A stretch of DNA of 58,099 nt from a virus (IMGVR_UViG_3300049043_000087:1-58099), one strand, 5' to 3'. Numbered from the stretch's first letter, positions 1 through 10,846 are shown. Numbers and translations are program-made. The notes: a model not told the origin generated them from the letters alone.

Positions 1-42
1 CAATACGTAAACTAACGAAAACCAAACATCTTACGTATTGCT
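1..42. other. Nanopore adapter remnants (chimeric read junction)
   Basis: 1-20 resembles the reverse complement, and 31-42 (TTACGTATTGCT) the 3' end, of the ONT ligation adapter AATGTACTTCGTTCAGTTACGTATTGCT. Confidence 0.85.
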
Positions 43-432
43 CTGCTGTGCCGTGCTGTGCTGTGCTGTGCTGTGCTGTGCTGTGCTGTGCTGTGCTGTG
101 CTGTGCTGTGCTGTGCTGTGCTGTGCTGCGCTGTGCCTGCGCTGTGCTGTGCTGTGCTGTGCTGTGCTGTGCTGTGCTGTGCTGTGCTGTGCTGTGCTGT
201 GCTGTGCTGTGCTGCGCTGTGCTGTGCTGCGCTGTGCTGTGCTGTGCTGTGCTGCGCTGCGCTGCGCTGCGCTGCGCTGCGCTGCGCTGCGCTGCGCTGC
301 GCTGCGCTGCGCTGCGCTGCGCTGCGCTGCGCTGCGCTGCGCTGCGCTGCGCTGCGCTGCGCTGCGCTGCGCTGCGCTGCGCTGCGCTGCGCTGCGCTGC
401 GCTGCGCTGCGCTGCGCTGCGCTGCGCTGCGC
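43..432. repeat. Pentamer microsatellite (CTGTG)n grading into (CTGCG)n, not part of the phage
   Basis: Near-perfect 5-nt tandem repeat bracketed by adapter sequence on both sides. Confidence 0.95.
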
Positions 433-440
433 TCTGCCGC

Positions 441-464
441 AGCAATACGTAACTGAACGAAGTA
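441..464 (-). other. Internal Nanopore adapter
   Basis: AGCAATACGTAACTGAACGAAGTA is the reverse complement of the ONT adapter. Confidence 0.95.
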
Positions 465-1031
465 ATATCCACAAAACCATTTGCCATTGTTGAACCTGCC
501 ACCGCCCAGCATCGAACAAATTAAGCGGAACAGCTTCGACTTCGCGCTGAGTTTTCGTTGAATTTGTCGACTTGGTTGGCCTTGACCAGCAGGTGCAACA
601 ATGCATGCCACCTGCCTGAGTTTAATAAATGTCGGCTTAACAGTGCCTCTGGACTGCTGAATTTTCGTTCAGGTAGTGCAGGCAGGCGGCGGATTTCGAG
701 GTGGGAGGAGGAATGATTCCGCAAGGGAGGGAGCGCTCCAAGTGCGCGGTGTCGCAAAAATACTCCTAGGAGCAAGGATCACCGAGTAATCAAGGAAGAT
801 CCACAAATCGCTTGGGGACAGGGGGTTGAGGGCTCCCAGTGTGCGGTGTCGCGGCCCGTGGTGCATCATCCCCCGTCCTCGCCTCAAGCCGATGCCCCTG
901 ACGAGGGATGGCAGCGAGGGCGCGGGCAGGACGACGGGACATGGGAAGGGCGGTGTCGAATGTGCATGTGCGCGCGCACGCTGAGCAACACGAAAACTGA
1001 ACGCCTGCAAAAGTTTACGATTGCTGACAAG

Positions 1032-1276
1032 ATGGCGTGCAATAAACCGCAGCGCACTCCTAATCACCCGACCAAATCACATGTAGTCAAGGCGTGTGAA
1101 GGAGGACAAGAAAAGATCATTCGCTTTGGTCAGCAGGGCGTCCAGGGAAGCCCTAAGAAGGAAGGGGAGTCAGAGGCGTACCGCAAGCGTCGAGAAAGCT
1201 TTAAGGCCCGGCATGCTCAGAACATTAAAAAGGAAGAATGTCTGCTGCCTGGTGGAGCTCAACTGTAAAATGGTAG
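1032..1276 (+). CDS. Conserved small basic phage protein (frameshifted near the 3' end; start uncertain)
   Basis: KSHVVKACEGGQEKIIRFGQQG...RRESFKARH...MSAAWWSSTVKW*. Confidence 0.7.
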
Positions 1277-1299
1277 AATAAACCAAATGGTAGTTATGC

Positions 1300-1801
1300 A
1301 TGAACAGGGAAGTTGTTAAGGGTGCTGATGGTCGTTATTACAAGCCTTGCCTAGAATGCAATGAAAATACAAAGTTATTTAAGAAAAAACTATGCAGAAG
1401 AATCTCTGCGTTTGAAAAAACTTTGCAAAAAATGTAGCAATCAAAAAACTGAAAATTGCCATAGAGGGTGGCACAGAGGAATACGGATAAGCTGGTTCAA
1501 TAAATTTAAAGTATCCGCAGAAACAAGAGGCTTAGAGTGGGTTCTTTCAATGGATGATGTAGCGGATTTATATGAAAAACAAAAAGGAAAATGCGCTTTA
1601 ACAGGTTGGGATATAACTTTTCCGGAGATAGCCATCCTTCTTTCTCCTGTAGCATAGACAGAATTCAAAACAACATTGGCTACACAAAAGAAAATATTCA
1701 ATTGGTTGAGGGTAGGGTAAACATGATAAAAAACAAATATACTCAAGAATTTTTCTCGAAGTATGTAAGGCGGTAGCCGCGCACAAGAGCTAAAGTGGTG
1801 A
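1300..1801 (+). CDS. HNH-like (His-Me finger) homing endonuclease, frameshifted in read
   Basis: Pieces 1361-1657 and 1591-1776 give CxxC motifs, LYEKQKGKCALTG and SIDRIQNNIGYTKENIQLV..VNMIK; AT-rich relative to flanks. Confidence 0.75.
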
Positions 1802-1994
1802 CGCCAATTTCATTTCATCATGGCAAACCCCAAGTCATCTTCATCTGTAAAGCTCTGAGTCCAAGCCCAAGAAGACGCGTCAAGGCCAGGGTCAGAACAG
1901 CTTGCCTAACCACGGACGTAAAAAGATGCGCGGCCAAGGTAAATAACAGTTGTATTTTTAAGTTGTGTAATATGGAAGTACTTGTTGTACTCCC

Positions 1995-2649
1995 ATGTCC
2001 AATCTGAAGGAGGCTGTTGCCTTAGTTCGTAAATACGAAGGCTTCAGTGAAAAGGCATTTCCTTCAGGTGAAGATGGTATTTACACCATCGGATATGGCA
2101 CACAGTATTATCCTGACGGTTCTCCCGTCAAACAAGGCCAGTGGTGTACCAAAGAAAAAGCTCTGGGAGTATCTAATTTGTGAAGTAAAAGCAATTTGCG
2201 GCTTGCTTGCTGATCTTCAAATTCATTTGGACAACTCCGTTGAGCAGGCATTAATTTCTTTTATACATTCCATTGGCTGGAAGGCATTCCTTTACAGTAA
2301 TGTCGTTGATTGTATTCAGCATGGCGACTGGGCCGGCGTTGCAGAAGAGATCACGCACTGGATTTTTGATGAGAACCACAGGGTCATCGGTGGCCTAATC
2401 GAACGTCGGCGGGAAGAAGTTGAGCTACTTTTGCGTGAAGTTGATGACAGCCCCTGGTCCTCAACTGAAGTTTTGATCAAGGCTTTCCGTAATTACACCG
2501 CTGCTCCGCATCAAATCAAAGCTATTCGACAGCTGGAGGATAACGTCAATCCTTACGTTTTAGCCGAATTTGCTAACGCATTCAAGGTTGATGAGGATCC
2601 TTGGTCTTTAATTGGTTCAGAAGAACTTGAATCTGTATTCGCCAGCTAG
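1995..2649 (+). CDS. GH24-type phage lysozyme with extra C-terminal domain (one frameshift near 2160)
   Basis: VRKYEGF..DGIYTIGYGT, ALISF, GGLIERRREEVELL. Confidence 0.85.
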
Positions 2650-2685
2650 CATTAAAATAGTTTTAATCCGGCCATGAAGAATGCA

Positions 2686-2979
2686 ATGGAGAGATCAGTG
2701 GAACCACGGGAGTTTGAGTTGCCCCTGGAACTTCAATTCTCAATGCGTAAGGCCGAAATGGTTGCCAGGGAGATGACCTGGGATGAGTTGTATGCCGCCT
2801 GACTCAATCTCTACCATCAACGTCTGATGGAGTGGCAAGCAGTCAAAGAAATCCTGGCAGACGAAAATATCAAGCTGGACTTTGACGTTCCAACCGATCT
2901 GGAATTAGAAGAACTTGCCGCCGCCTGCGCGTTCTACGAAGACGGCGACGATGAAGATGACGAGCTTCAGCCGTTCTGA
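2686..2979 (+). CDS. nblA: NblA-like phycobilisome degradation protein with acidic C-terminal tail (in-frame TGA at 2800, likely a read error)
   Basis: LPLELQFSMRKAEMVAREMTWDELYAA*LNLYHQRLMEWQAVKEIL fits the NblA pattern LxLEQQF...MS.E.....L..LY.Q.M; absent from the ORF track because of the stop. Confidence 0.7.
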
Positions 2980-3506
2980 ATATCGTCTAACGCAATCAAA
3001 CGGTCCAGGTACCAGCGTGCCTTCTTCAGGGATTCCGTCCCACCTTTATGCTTCTCACGCCACAAGTACTTAACGACATTCCCCTTTAGATAACCTCGAA
3101 ATTCTTCTAAGGTCTGCTGGGCTTCGATTGATTCGATGCATTCGATCCCGCCATCGGTGTAGTGCGATGGGTGGTTCACAAGATCTTCTTGCACGTTAGG
3201 GCGTCCTTGGATCGTAAAGACGGGATTGTCATTGCTGGCCCAGGGTACCGGGCACATCCCGTCTTTGCAACCGCCAAAATTAAAGAGATCGGGAGAAGGA
3301 TCAGCTTCTATCGGCGCAAACCACGCCGTTTGAGCGATTCCTCCTTCATTTCCTCGCTTGGACCCTCCAGTTCCAAAACTAATGCTTTCGGTTTCGGGCT
3401 GGCTCCCATTGCTGCTCCCTCCTCCGCCGAAGGTATATACCCCGTCAAGCCCGGACGGCGACCCTCCGCTAATGACAGGTTCTGTCTCTCGTTCCCTTCT
3501 TGACAT
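2967..3506 (-). CDS. DUF3310 (SaV / T7 gp1.7-like) protein; true start probably near 3310-3350
   Basis: VNHPSHYTDGGIECIESI...GYLKGNVVKYLWREKHKGGTESLKKARWYLDRLI. Confidence 0.85.
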   Translation of the reverse strand: MSRRERETEPVISGGSPSGLDGVYTFGGGGSSNGSQPETESISFGTGGSKRGNEGGIAQTAWFAPIEADPSPDLFNFGGCKDGMCPVPWASNDNPVFTIQGRPNVQEDLVNHPSHYTDGGIECIESIEAQQTLEEFRGYLKGNVVKYLWREKHKGGTESLKKARWYLDRLIALDDIQNG

Positions 3507-3655
3507 GCCGTTAATCCACGGTTGTACATGTCATATAAGGGTACATCATTTTCTTCGTTTGCGAGAGGTTGACCAAAATCCTCTTCTGTCAAACAACGGC
3601 ACTTAACTTCATCTTGTACGAACGCATCTAAGAACGATGCTGCATTATGCATCAT
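3308..3655 (-). CDS. Hypothetical phage protein
   Basis: ORF from MMHNAASF, coupled to the DUF3310 gene. Confidence 0.6.
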   Translation of the reverse strand: MMHNAASFLDAFVQDEVKCRCLTEEDFGQPLANEENDVPLYDMYNRGLTACQEGNERQNLSLAEGRRPGLTGYIPSAEEGAAMGASPKPKALVLELEGPSEEMKEESLKRRGLRR

Positions 3656-3691
3656 TTCAAGCACTGGGACTACTTCTTTTACAATAATACT

Positions 3692-4082
3692 ATGGCAAGA
3701 TTCTTCGATCCCAACTACGATCCAAGGCAAGATTCTGGTAGCTCAGGCTCAAGAGATTACCGACCTGCATCCGGAACGTAATTACGACACGGACTTACGT
3801 CGTATCGCTGAATCTGAGCGTCCTGACATTGAAGCAATCAATAACGACCAGGGCCGTATCCGCCGTTTTTTTAAGGCTGCCAAGACAGCAAACAAATACC
3901 GCCAGGAGGCTTACATTGATGAACCCACCATTCGTGGTGAAACACCCAGGTCTCCTGCCATCATCAATGGCGCCGAAGTCCCCAGTACAGGGGATGAGTA
4001 TGGCACAGTAGGTAGCGTTGGTTACGCCAAAAAACCGCAGCCGCAATCAGGAACATTTTACGGGTTTGGTGCTTTCGGTTAG
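3692..4082 (+). CDS. Hypothetical protein (frameshifted)
   Basis: MARFFDPNYDPRQDSGSSG..ITDLHPERNYDTDLRRI; fills the gap between minus-strand genes. Confidence 0.55.
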
Positions 4083-4291
4083 TGCCAGCTGTCGCTAAAA
4101 TCTTCTAAATCCAGCGCATCTTGCATCTGGCCCAGTAGCTCCTGGAGCGTATTAAGAACCCAATTCACGTTCTCAGTACGGAATCCGGTCAACGAACCGG
4201 CCAACTCTTCGTTCTTTAGGAAGACCACCTGATCTTCCAGGATCTGCAGGATGTCAATGCGTTGCTCAAGATTTGTGCGATCCATACTCAT
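4079..4291 (-). CDS. Hypothetical protein
   Basis: 70 aa ORF overlapping the dcd stop codon. Confidence 0.6.
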   Translation of the reverse strand: MSMDRTNLEQRIDILQILEDQVVFLKNEELAGSLTGFRTENVNWVLNTLQELLGQMQDALDLEDFSDSWH

Positions 4292-4884
4292 GCCTTGGAA
4301 TACACAACTTCTTGAGCCTGGTTCTGATACTTGCCCTTCCGGTCTTGGTACGACACCTCACAGGGAGTGCCGCGCAAGAACAACAGCTGAATGATGCCTT
4401 CGTTTGCGTAGATGCGGTTGAACTGACCAGTGGCGTTACTGATCTCCAGGGTCAGGTAGCCTTCCCAACCAGCCTCTGCCGGAGTGATGTTGGCGATGAT
4501 TCCAGAGCGTGCATAGCTGCTCTTGCCCATAGCAATTACAGTCACATCCTGGGGCAGCTTGAGCCGTTCTTCTGCGACTGCCAGGCAGTAACCATAAGGA
4601 GGCAACAGGAAGTACTTGCCCTTCTCGTCTTCCAATAGTTCGGAGTCCGATAGGATTTTGGGATTGAAATCTTTAGGATCCGATACACCTTCTTGGATCC
4701 GACCAAAAATCAGACACTGCTTGGGCGACAAGCGGATGTCATAGCCATAGGAGCTGAGTCCATAGCTCAAGATTCGGCGCCCGTCCTCTTCATTGATGAG
4801 ATGATCATTGAAGGGCTCGATCATCCCTTGTTCCAGGGCAAATTTCTTGATCTCAGCGTCGCAAAGAATTCCCATGGATTCCAT
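4288..4884 (-). CDS. dcd: dCTP deaminase
   Basis: LSYGLSSYGYDIRL, GKSSYARSGI, TPAEAGWEGYLTLEISN, YQDRKGKYQNQ. Confidence 0.95.
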   Translation of the reverse strand: MESMGILCDAEIKKFALEQGMIEPFNDHLINEEDGRRILSYGLSSYGYDIRLSPKQCLIFGRIQEGVSDPKDFNPKILSDSELLEDEKGKYFLLPPYGYCLAVAEERLKLPQDVTVIAMGKSSYARSGIIANITPAEAGWEGYLTLEISNATGQFNRIYANEGIIQLLFLRGTPCEVSYQDRKGKYQNQAQEVVYSKA

Positions 4885-4908
4885 TAATCGTCTTTAACTA
4901 TACCGAAC

Positions 4909-5496
4909 TCAGTAGATAACGCGGCCAAATTGCTCGTATGTTTCAATGAATTTCATGGTTGCAGCTGCTGAGTTTGTTTTTGGTTGCAGATACACCACAA
5001 ATGAGCTGCAGGTCTTATGCTCCCCAATCCCTTCGCTGGTGTACTTGATCAAACGGGGCACTGTTTTCAAGAAACAAATGGGAAAGTCAAAAATCTTCTG
5101 TTCGTATCGAATCATGTCCGGACAGTTGGTGAAATAAATGGCCTGCTCAACTTCATCCGCCAGCCACTTCTTATACAGCTGCCGGAACCACACAGCATGG
5201 GACGACACCAGGGTTGGGGATGAAGCCCTGGTCATCTTCCATTTATCCAGGCGCTTGTCAAAGAAGTAGCAACCGCTTGGCGGGAAGAGGTACACACGGC
5301 CAAACCATTGCTGGGCATTAAGCCCATCTTGTTGTGGACCAAAGAAATGCCCAGCCTGGACATATTCCTGTGCAATTTTGGAGCTAGCGGGATCAAGGTC
5401 AATCCCACCCATCACCAGGTTGGCCGCCTGGACCAACTCTGTGGGGGTGATGAGTTCTAAATCTTCTCGCCTGCCGGTGACGCGCCGTACCGTCAT
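4909..5496 (-). CDS. Phage DNA N6-adenine methyltransferase-like protein with an atypical catalytic motif
   Basis: TP.ELV...VMGGIDLDPASS, DGL...WFGRVYLFPP, where the family has NPP(Y/F). Confidence 0.75.
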   Translation of the reverse strand: MTVRRVTGRREDLELITPTELVQAANLVMGGIDLDPASSKIAQEYVQAGHFFGPQQDGLNAQQWFGRVYLFPPSGCYFFDKRLDKWKMTRASSPTLVSSHAVWFRQLYKKWLADEVEQAIYFTNCPDMIRYEQKIFDFPICFLKTVPRLIKYTSEGIGEHKTCSSFVVYLQPKTNSAAATMKFIETYEQFGRVIY

Positions 5497-5879
5497 GCCG
5501 CGTCCACAACCTTGTTATAATCTATTTCCAAATAGCGAATGCCCTGGTCATCATTGATGATGTAACCAGCTTTTTCCTCTGGATCAATCTTTTGAGCCGC
5601 TTCCAGAATGCGGCGGAATGTTTCCACCAGATCGTGGTTATTGTCTCGTTCCATCGCTTCTTTTGCGCTGTTGAGTTCTTCCAGCGTCATGTAAACTACC
5701 CCCCGGTCTTGATTGGGTTGGAAGCACATAACCCCTGGGCCTTCTGCTTGCCAAAACTTGAAGTACATGGCGCCCATGTCGCCAAGGATGAAGTCAACCG
5801 TTTGGTTGAGCATCTTTGCCTTGGTGTCGTCTATCTCACCCTGCAAGGCGTCATGGATTAGCTTCTCTCGACGGTTCAT
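5493..5879 (-). CDS. Hypothetical protein
   Basis: 128 aa ORF in a coupled operon. Confidence 0.7.
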   Translation of the reverse strand: MNRREKLIHDALQGEIDDTKAKMLNQTVDFILGDMGAMYFKFWQAEGPGVMCFQPNQDRGVVYMTLEELNSAKEAMERDNNHDLVETFRRILEAAQKIDPEEKAGYIINDDQGIRYLEIDYNKVVDAA

Positions 5880-6336
5880 GTTCGATCAACCCCTGGCGGA
5901 CAAGGGACTCTAGGAGTTTAGGGAGCGGCTTATAGATGACAACCAACTTGCCAAGGTTGCCGCGTTTCTTTACAAGCTTACCGGTTTCGTCCCGAAGTTT
6001 GTCAAATTCTCCAGATCGGATAAGGTATTCGGCCACGCAACGGAGACGGCGTTTGAGGGGCAGCTCTGCCTGGGGAAATTTCCCACAGATTGTGTCAGGG
6101 TGCATGTCAACAAAAGCCAAACGCAACCGATTGGCTAGTGTCATACCGAAATTAACATCTTCTTCTTCATAATTCCGTACGTTTTCTAGGTATCGACGCA
6201 AGCACCCGTCATCGAAAGAACCAATCGGCGGAAGAAAATCCTCAACTTGCCGGAACAACGATTCAGGCAGCAGTTGCGAACAGTTCTCAACAGTGAGGGC
6301 AAACAGGTCCAATCCCTGGAAACGATTGGGAATCAT
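5851..6336 (-). CDS. Hypothetical protein
   Basis: 161 aa ORF in a coupled operon. Confidence 0.7.
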   Translation of the reverse strand: MIPNRFQGLDLFALTVENCSQLLPESLFRQVEDFLPPIGSFDDGCLRRYLENVRNYEEEDVNFGMTLANRLRLAFVDMHPDTICGKFPQAELPLKRRLRCVAEYLIRSGEFDKLRDETGKLVKKRGNLGKLVVIYKPLPKLLESLVRQGLIEHEPSREANP

Positions 6337-6740
6337 TCAAGTTTCTCCTGTGTTGTCTGGTATTTCCGGCCATAGAAATCAGACAAATCAATCTCTTTAT
6401 TTTTTGAGAAGGACATCACCAGTTGGTTCCAGGGGATGCGGATGACTGCTTTTTTGCCAGCATCAGGAGCGATGTTGACGTAGTGAAGACCCTCCGTCCA
6501 ACCCTTCTCAGGTTGCCTTCGGCCAACAGCAATCCAGTTCCTGATGCTTTGATCCGACACGGATAGGCGCCTGGCACACTCTTCAGTAGATATGTACTCA
6601 TCCGCAAAAGCCTGCGGATTCATGCGGTCGGTTTCTTGCGTTTGATACCGGCTATGCCACATGGAAGCCAGGATGTTTTTGACACCCTTAAGTTCATGAG
6701 CAATATCTTCTAAACCCTTACGGATTCCAAATGTTGCCAT
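6333..6740 (-). CDS. Helix-turn-helix (excisionase/MerR-like) DNA-binding protein
   Basis: EYISTEECARRLSVSDQSIRNWI. Confidence 0.7.
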   Translation of the reverse strand: MATFGIRKGLEDIAHELKGVKNILASMWHSRYQTQETDRMNPQAFADEYISTEECARRLSVSDQSIRNWIAVGRRQPEKGWTEGLHYVNIAPDAGKKAVIRIPWNQLVMSFSKNKEIDLSDFYGRKYQTTQEKLE

Positions 6741-6792
6741 CGTGTCAAACGTTTTGTTTAGATGCTAGTGTGTGGGAAAACAATTTGCATCA

Positions 6793-7169
6793 CCATGGAA
6801 GATCAGGTTCCTTCCAGTAATCCTCCTCAATTCCAAGGCTTAAAGGAGCCTCCGATTCCTGGTGGGATAACCCCTGAGTTGCTTGAGCAGATGAAAGCCC
6901 GTGCGCGGGAAGAAGCCATTCGGATGACCATTCTCCAACAGCAGGCTGAAGTTCAAAAGCAAGAGGACTATCCCATTGCACAGCCAGAGGTTCCATCCAG
7001 GTTTCAGTTTCCACCTCAGCAACCTCAAGTTGTATATGTCCGCCGGAACCTGACGGTTGCCGAGCTAATCTTGGTTTTTGTAATCTCTTGTGGTGTAGTC
7101 ACCGGGCTACAAGCAGCCTGGAACTTTGCATCCAACAACTTACCGAGGATTGAAATTAAAGCCCGGTGA
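6793..7169 (+). CDS. Hypothetical membrane-anchored protein
   Basis: Q/P-rich N-terminus and hydrophobic segment ELILVFVISCGVVTGL. Confidence 0.6.
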
Positions 7170-7222
7170 GGTTGAACACACTGCGACTATAATTCATTTT
7201 ATTGGGTTATGTGATTTAATAG

Positions 7223-9863
7223 GTGGCTAACAGACGGATATCTGAGTTACAAGAACTCGCAGGTCTCGACTTAGCCGATAACGACCTGTTTACGGTTGTA
7301 GACACCGGGGAAGTTGACCCTGCAGATTAAAAATAAGAAGCTAACAATATCCGGCACCAAGGCATATCTTAACGTTTATTACCTGCCTAGAACCGGTGGA
7401 ACCATCAGTGGTTCTATCAGTGTTCAGGAAAACGTCACTGTCACCAGTGGTCTGACGGTTTCTGGCGCCACATCCCTCAATACGCTTGCCGTTAGTGGCG
7501 GTGTAACCTTCACCAGCCTTACGGTTCAAAACAATTTAACCGTTAGCGGTAATATCAGCGGTAACACAATTACCGGTAATTCAGCAAACTTCAGCACCGT
7601 TACAGGTCTATCAGGTGTTTTTGCATCTCAGCTTTCTGGGGCAACAATCACCGGTAATACTATCAATGCAACCAGTGGTATTTTTCAGCAGGTCAACACC
7701 GTTAATGCTGTCGTCAATACAAACTTAAACATTGGCAATATCCTTGCTGTAACAGGTGTTGCCACCTTTCAGTCCAACGTTCGAGTTACTGGAACCCTTA
7801 GCGGCCCCCATAACAGGCACGAGCGCCAACTTTACCAACATCACTGGTAGTGGCATTGTCGGCACCACCCAGATCTCTGGTGCCACCATTACAGGTGACA
7901 TTGGACGTTTTGCTCAACTCACAGCTGTACCAGCATCACTGGCAGTCCGGCACTTCGGTTGGCACTCACCGCAGATGCATCCGACGTTGCTGTCGCTTAC
8001 TGGTGCAGCATTACAGGCGACACCGATACACCCAACTAACTGGAATTTCCGGAGTGTTCACCTCCCAGTTGTCTGGGGCAATCATCACTGGTGACACAGG
8101 ACGTTTTACACAACTCACTGGAATCAGTGGTGTCTTTACCAGCCAAGTTTCTGGTGCAACCGTCACCGGTAACCTGGGCCAGTTCACGAATTTAACTGGG
8201 CATTGCTGCAGGATTCACTCAGCGTCACTGGTGCAACAATTACTGGAACCCGAGTCCAAGCTGATAGCGCAAACTTCACCACCAGCTTGACCGGCGTCAC
8301 GATCACTGGCACTACAGCCAACTTCCAGTCAGGTGTGTTGCACAACCCGCGTCTCTGGCGCCACCATCACAGGTGATACAGCACTGGTTACCCAAATCAC
8401 CGGAGTCAGTGGCGTCTTTACCAGTCAGGTTTCGGGCCTTGTAATCACTGGAAATACCGCTAATTTCACAACGCTTAATGCGGTAACGGCAACGGTTGAG
8501 ACTGGAATTGTTAAGCAAAACATTACGGTCACAGGCAATATCAATACCAGTGGCACTCTCTCTGTTGCGCAAACCGCAACAATTGCGTCTGGGCTAACAG
8601 TTACTACCGGAACAATTTCTGGCGTTACCTTTACAGGAACCACAGCTCAGTTCACTCAGATCACTGGCATCTCAGGTGTTTTTACCAGTAATATCTCCGG
8701 CCAAACAATTACTGGCAACACAATCAACGCCACGACCGGTAACTTTGGCACGCTCGTCACCAGTGGCCATACGGTTCAAGGAAACCTGACCGTTAGCGGC
8801 AACCTGTCGGTTCTTGGTTCTGGTGCATTTGCTTCTGGCGTTACGGTCACAGGAACCTTAAGCGGCACCACCGTTACCGGCACTGCCGCTCAGTTTACGC
8901 AGATCACTGGCATCTCGGGTGTTTTCACAACTCAAGTTTCAGGTGCAACCGTAACCGGCAACCTGATTCAAGGCACCGATATCACGGGTATTGCTGGCGG
9001 CTTTACTACGCTCACAGGTGCAACCGTTACAGGCACAACAGCCAACTTTCAGTCCGGCGTTTTTACAACTCAAGTTTCTGGTGCAACTGTTACAGGAAAC
9101 CTTGGTCAATTCACAAACTTAACTGGTATTGCTGGTGGTTTTACAACACTGACCGGAACCACCGTTACAGGAACAACTGCCAATTTCAGTTCAGGTGTTT
9201 TTACAACTCAGATCTCTGGAGCAACAGTCACTGGCAATCTTGGCCAGTTCACCAATCTGACAGGTATTGCTGCTGGATTTACCACAATCACAGGGGCAAC
9301 AGTTACCGGTACAACAGCAAACTTCGTTGCCGGAAATTTCACAACCTCTATTACAGGTGCCACGGTTACCGGTACAACAGCCAACTTTGTTGCTGGTAAT
9401 TTCACCGACAAGTCTGACTGGTACCACCATTACCGGTACTACTGCAAACTTCAGCAGTGGCGTATTCACCACTCAGCTTTCTGGTGCCACAATCACTGGT
9501 AATAACATCGTTGCCACTTCAGGTCAGTTTGTATCTGTTTCTGGAGATACGTTCACAGCTGGAGGCGCGGTATTTGTCAGTGGCTCTGGCGATGTACGCC
9601 CCCGTGGTTTGTTCTCGTTCCCAACAACTGTTGGTACCGCTGGTTTTGTTCTTTCTACAAATGGAAATGGCACAACATCTTGGGTAGTCCAAAGCGGAGG
9701 CGGCGGTAGCTCAGTTACCACAATCATGCAAAGCAAGATTATCATTGATGTCAACTTTGGTTTAACTTCTGGGTATAACGGTTTAAGTCAAGGACCGGTG
9801 ACAATTGCCTCTGGTTTTGCAGTTGATGTCCCTTCGGGTTCTCTCTGGAACATCCTTGTGTAG
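7223..9863 (+). CDS. Long T/G/S-rich repetitive tail fibre protein (several read frameshifts)
   Basis: Starts VANRRISELQEL; many GVFTTQVSGATVTG repeats across ORF pieces 7314-9863; C-terminal NGLSQGPVTIASG..V.VPSGSLWNIL motif. Confidence 0.8.
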
Positions 9864-9905
9864 AATTGATTTAAACTAGAAAGTAAGACCAACAGGGAAA
9901 CAGTA

Positions 9906-10840
9906 ATGGCTTACGGAACCCTAAAGATTGATAATATTACGTATACCAATGCAGGCGGTTGACGCCAGCACAACTGTTAGCGGTCTTGTTCAAGGTCAAT
10001 TTCCTAACTTGACAATCACAGGCACCATCTCAGGTGCTACTATTACAGGTAATACCGGTAATTACACAACCCTTACTGCTGTTACTGGAATCTTTACCAG
10101 TACACTCAGCGGCGCTACAACAACGGGTGTTACTGCCAACTTCCAATCCGGCGTTTTTACCACTCAAGTTTCTGGCGCCACTGTTGCCGGCCCAACTCAT
10201 ACAGGTACGACAGCCAACTTTGTTGCTGGTAATTTTACAACTTCAATTACGGGTGCAACAGTAACTGGCGGTATTGCTAATTTCAACAGTGCCAACTTTA
10301 CCGGCCCGGTTACAGGTGTAACTAGTTCGCGGAACAACAGCTGACTTTTTGTTTCTGGTACGTTTACAACCCGTGTTTCTGGTGCAACCGTAACCGGCAC
10401 GAGTTTTGGTGTTGGTACTGGTGGTATTACATTCTCCGACGGAACAACGCAAACAGGGGCGGTATCTACGGCCAATCTGGCAACCCTTACAGGGGCTCAA
10501 ACCTTCACTGGTGGTCAACGGGGTTCTGTTGTTAGCGTTTCTTATGCAACCGGCATTGCACTCAACTTAAGCTCAGGGCAATAATTTCCAAATCACATTA
10601 ACAGGCAACACAACCCTTCAAAATCCCACCAACTTGGTTTCTGGTCAAGCAGGTATAGTTACTATCATTCAGGGTAGTTCAGGTAACACCATGTCCTTTG
10701 CTACGGGCTGGCAATACCCAGGGGGATCTGGAAATACACCCTCTTTAACATCTTCAAGTGGAGCTGTCGATTTGTTGGTATACTACGTTAAAGATACAGC
10801 AAGTGTTGCTTATCGTTTAGTTCAAGACATTAAGGCTTGA
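9906..10840 (+). CDS. Second tail fibre-like protein with the same repeat (frameshifted)
   Basis: MAYGTLKIDNITY..., SGATVTG repeats, C-terminal NPTNLVSGQAG..TPSLTSSSGAVDLLVYYV. Confidence 0.75.
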
Positions 10841-10846
10841 TTTTTT

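Noticed and set aside
43-432. Telomere-like or CRISPR-like repeat belonging to the phage
   Set aside because: No spacers, and it is bounded by sequencing adapters
12-611. ORFs with AAQRS/AQHST or CCAVL repeats
   Set aside because: Translations of a pentamer microsatellite lying between adapters; not genes
2800-2802. Stop-codon reassignment or selenocysteine at the in-frame TGA
   Set aside because: TGA terminates many other genes here; a single basecall error is simpler
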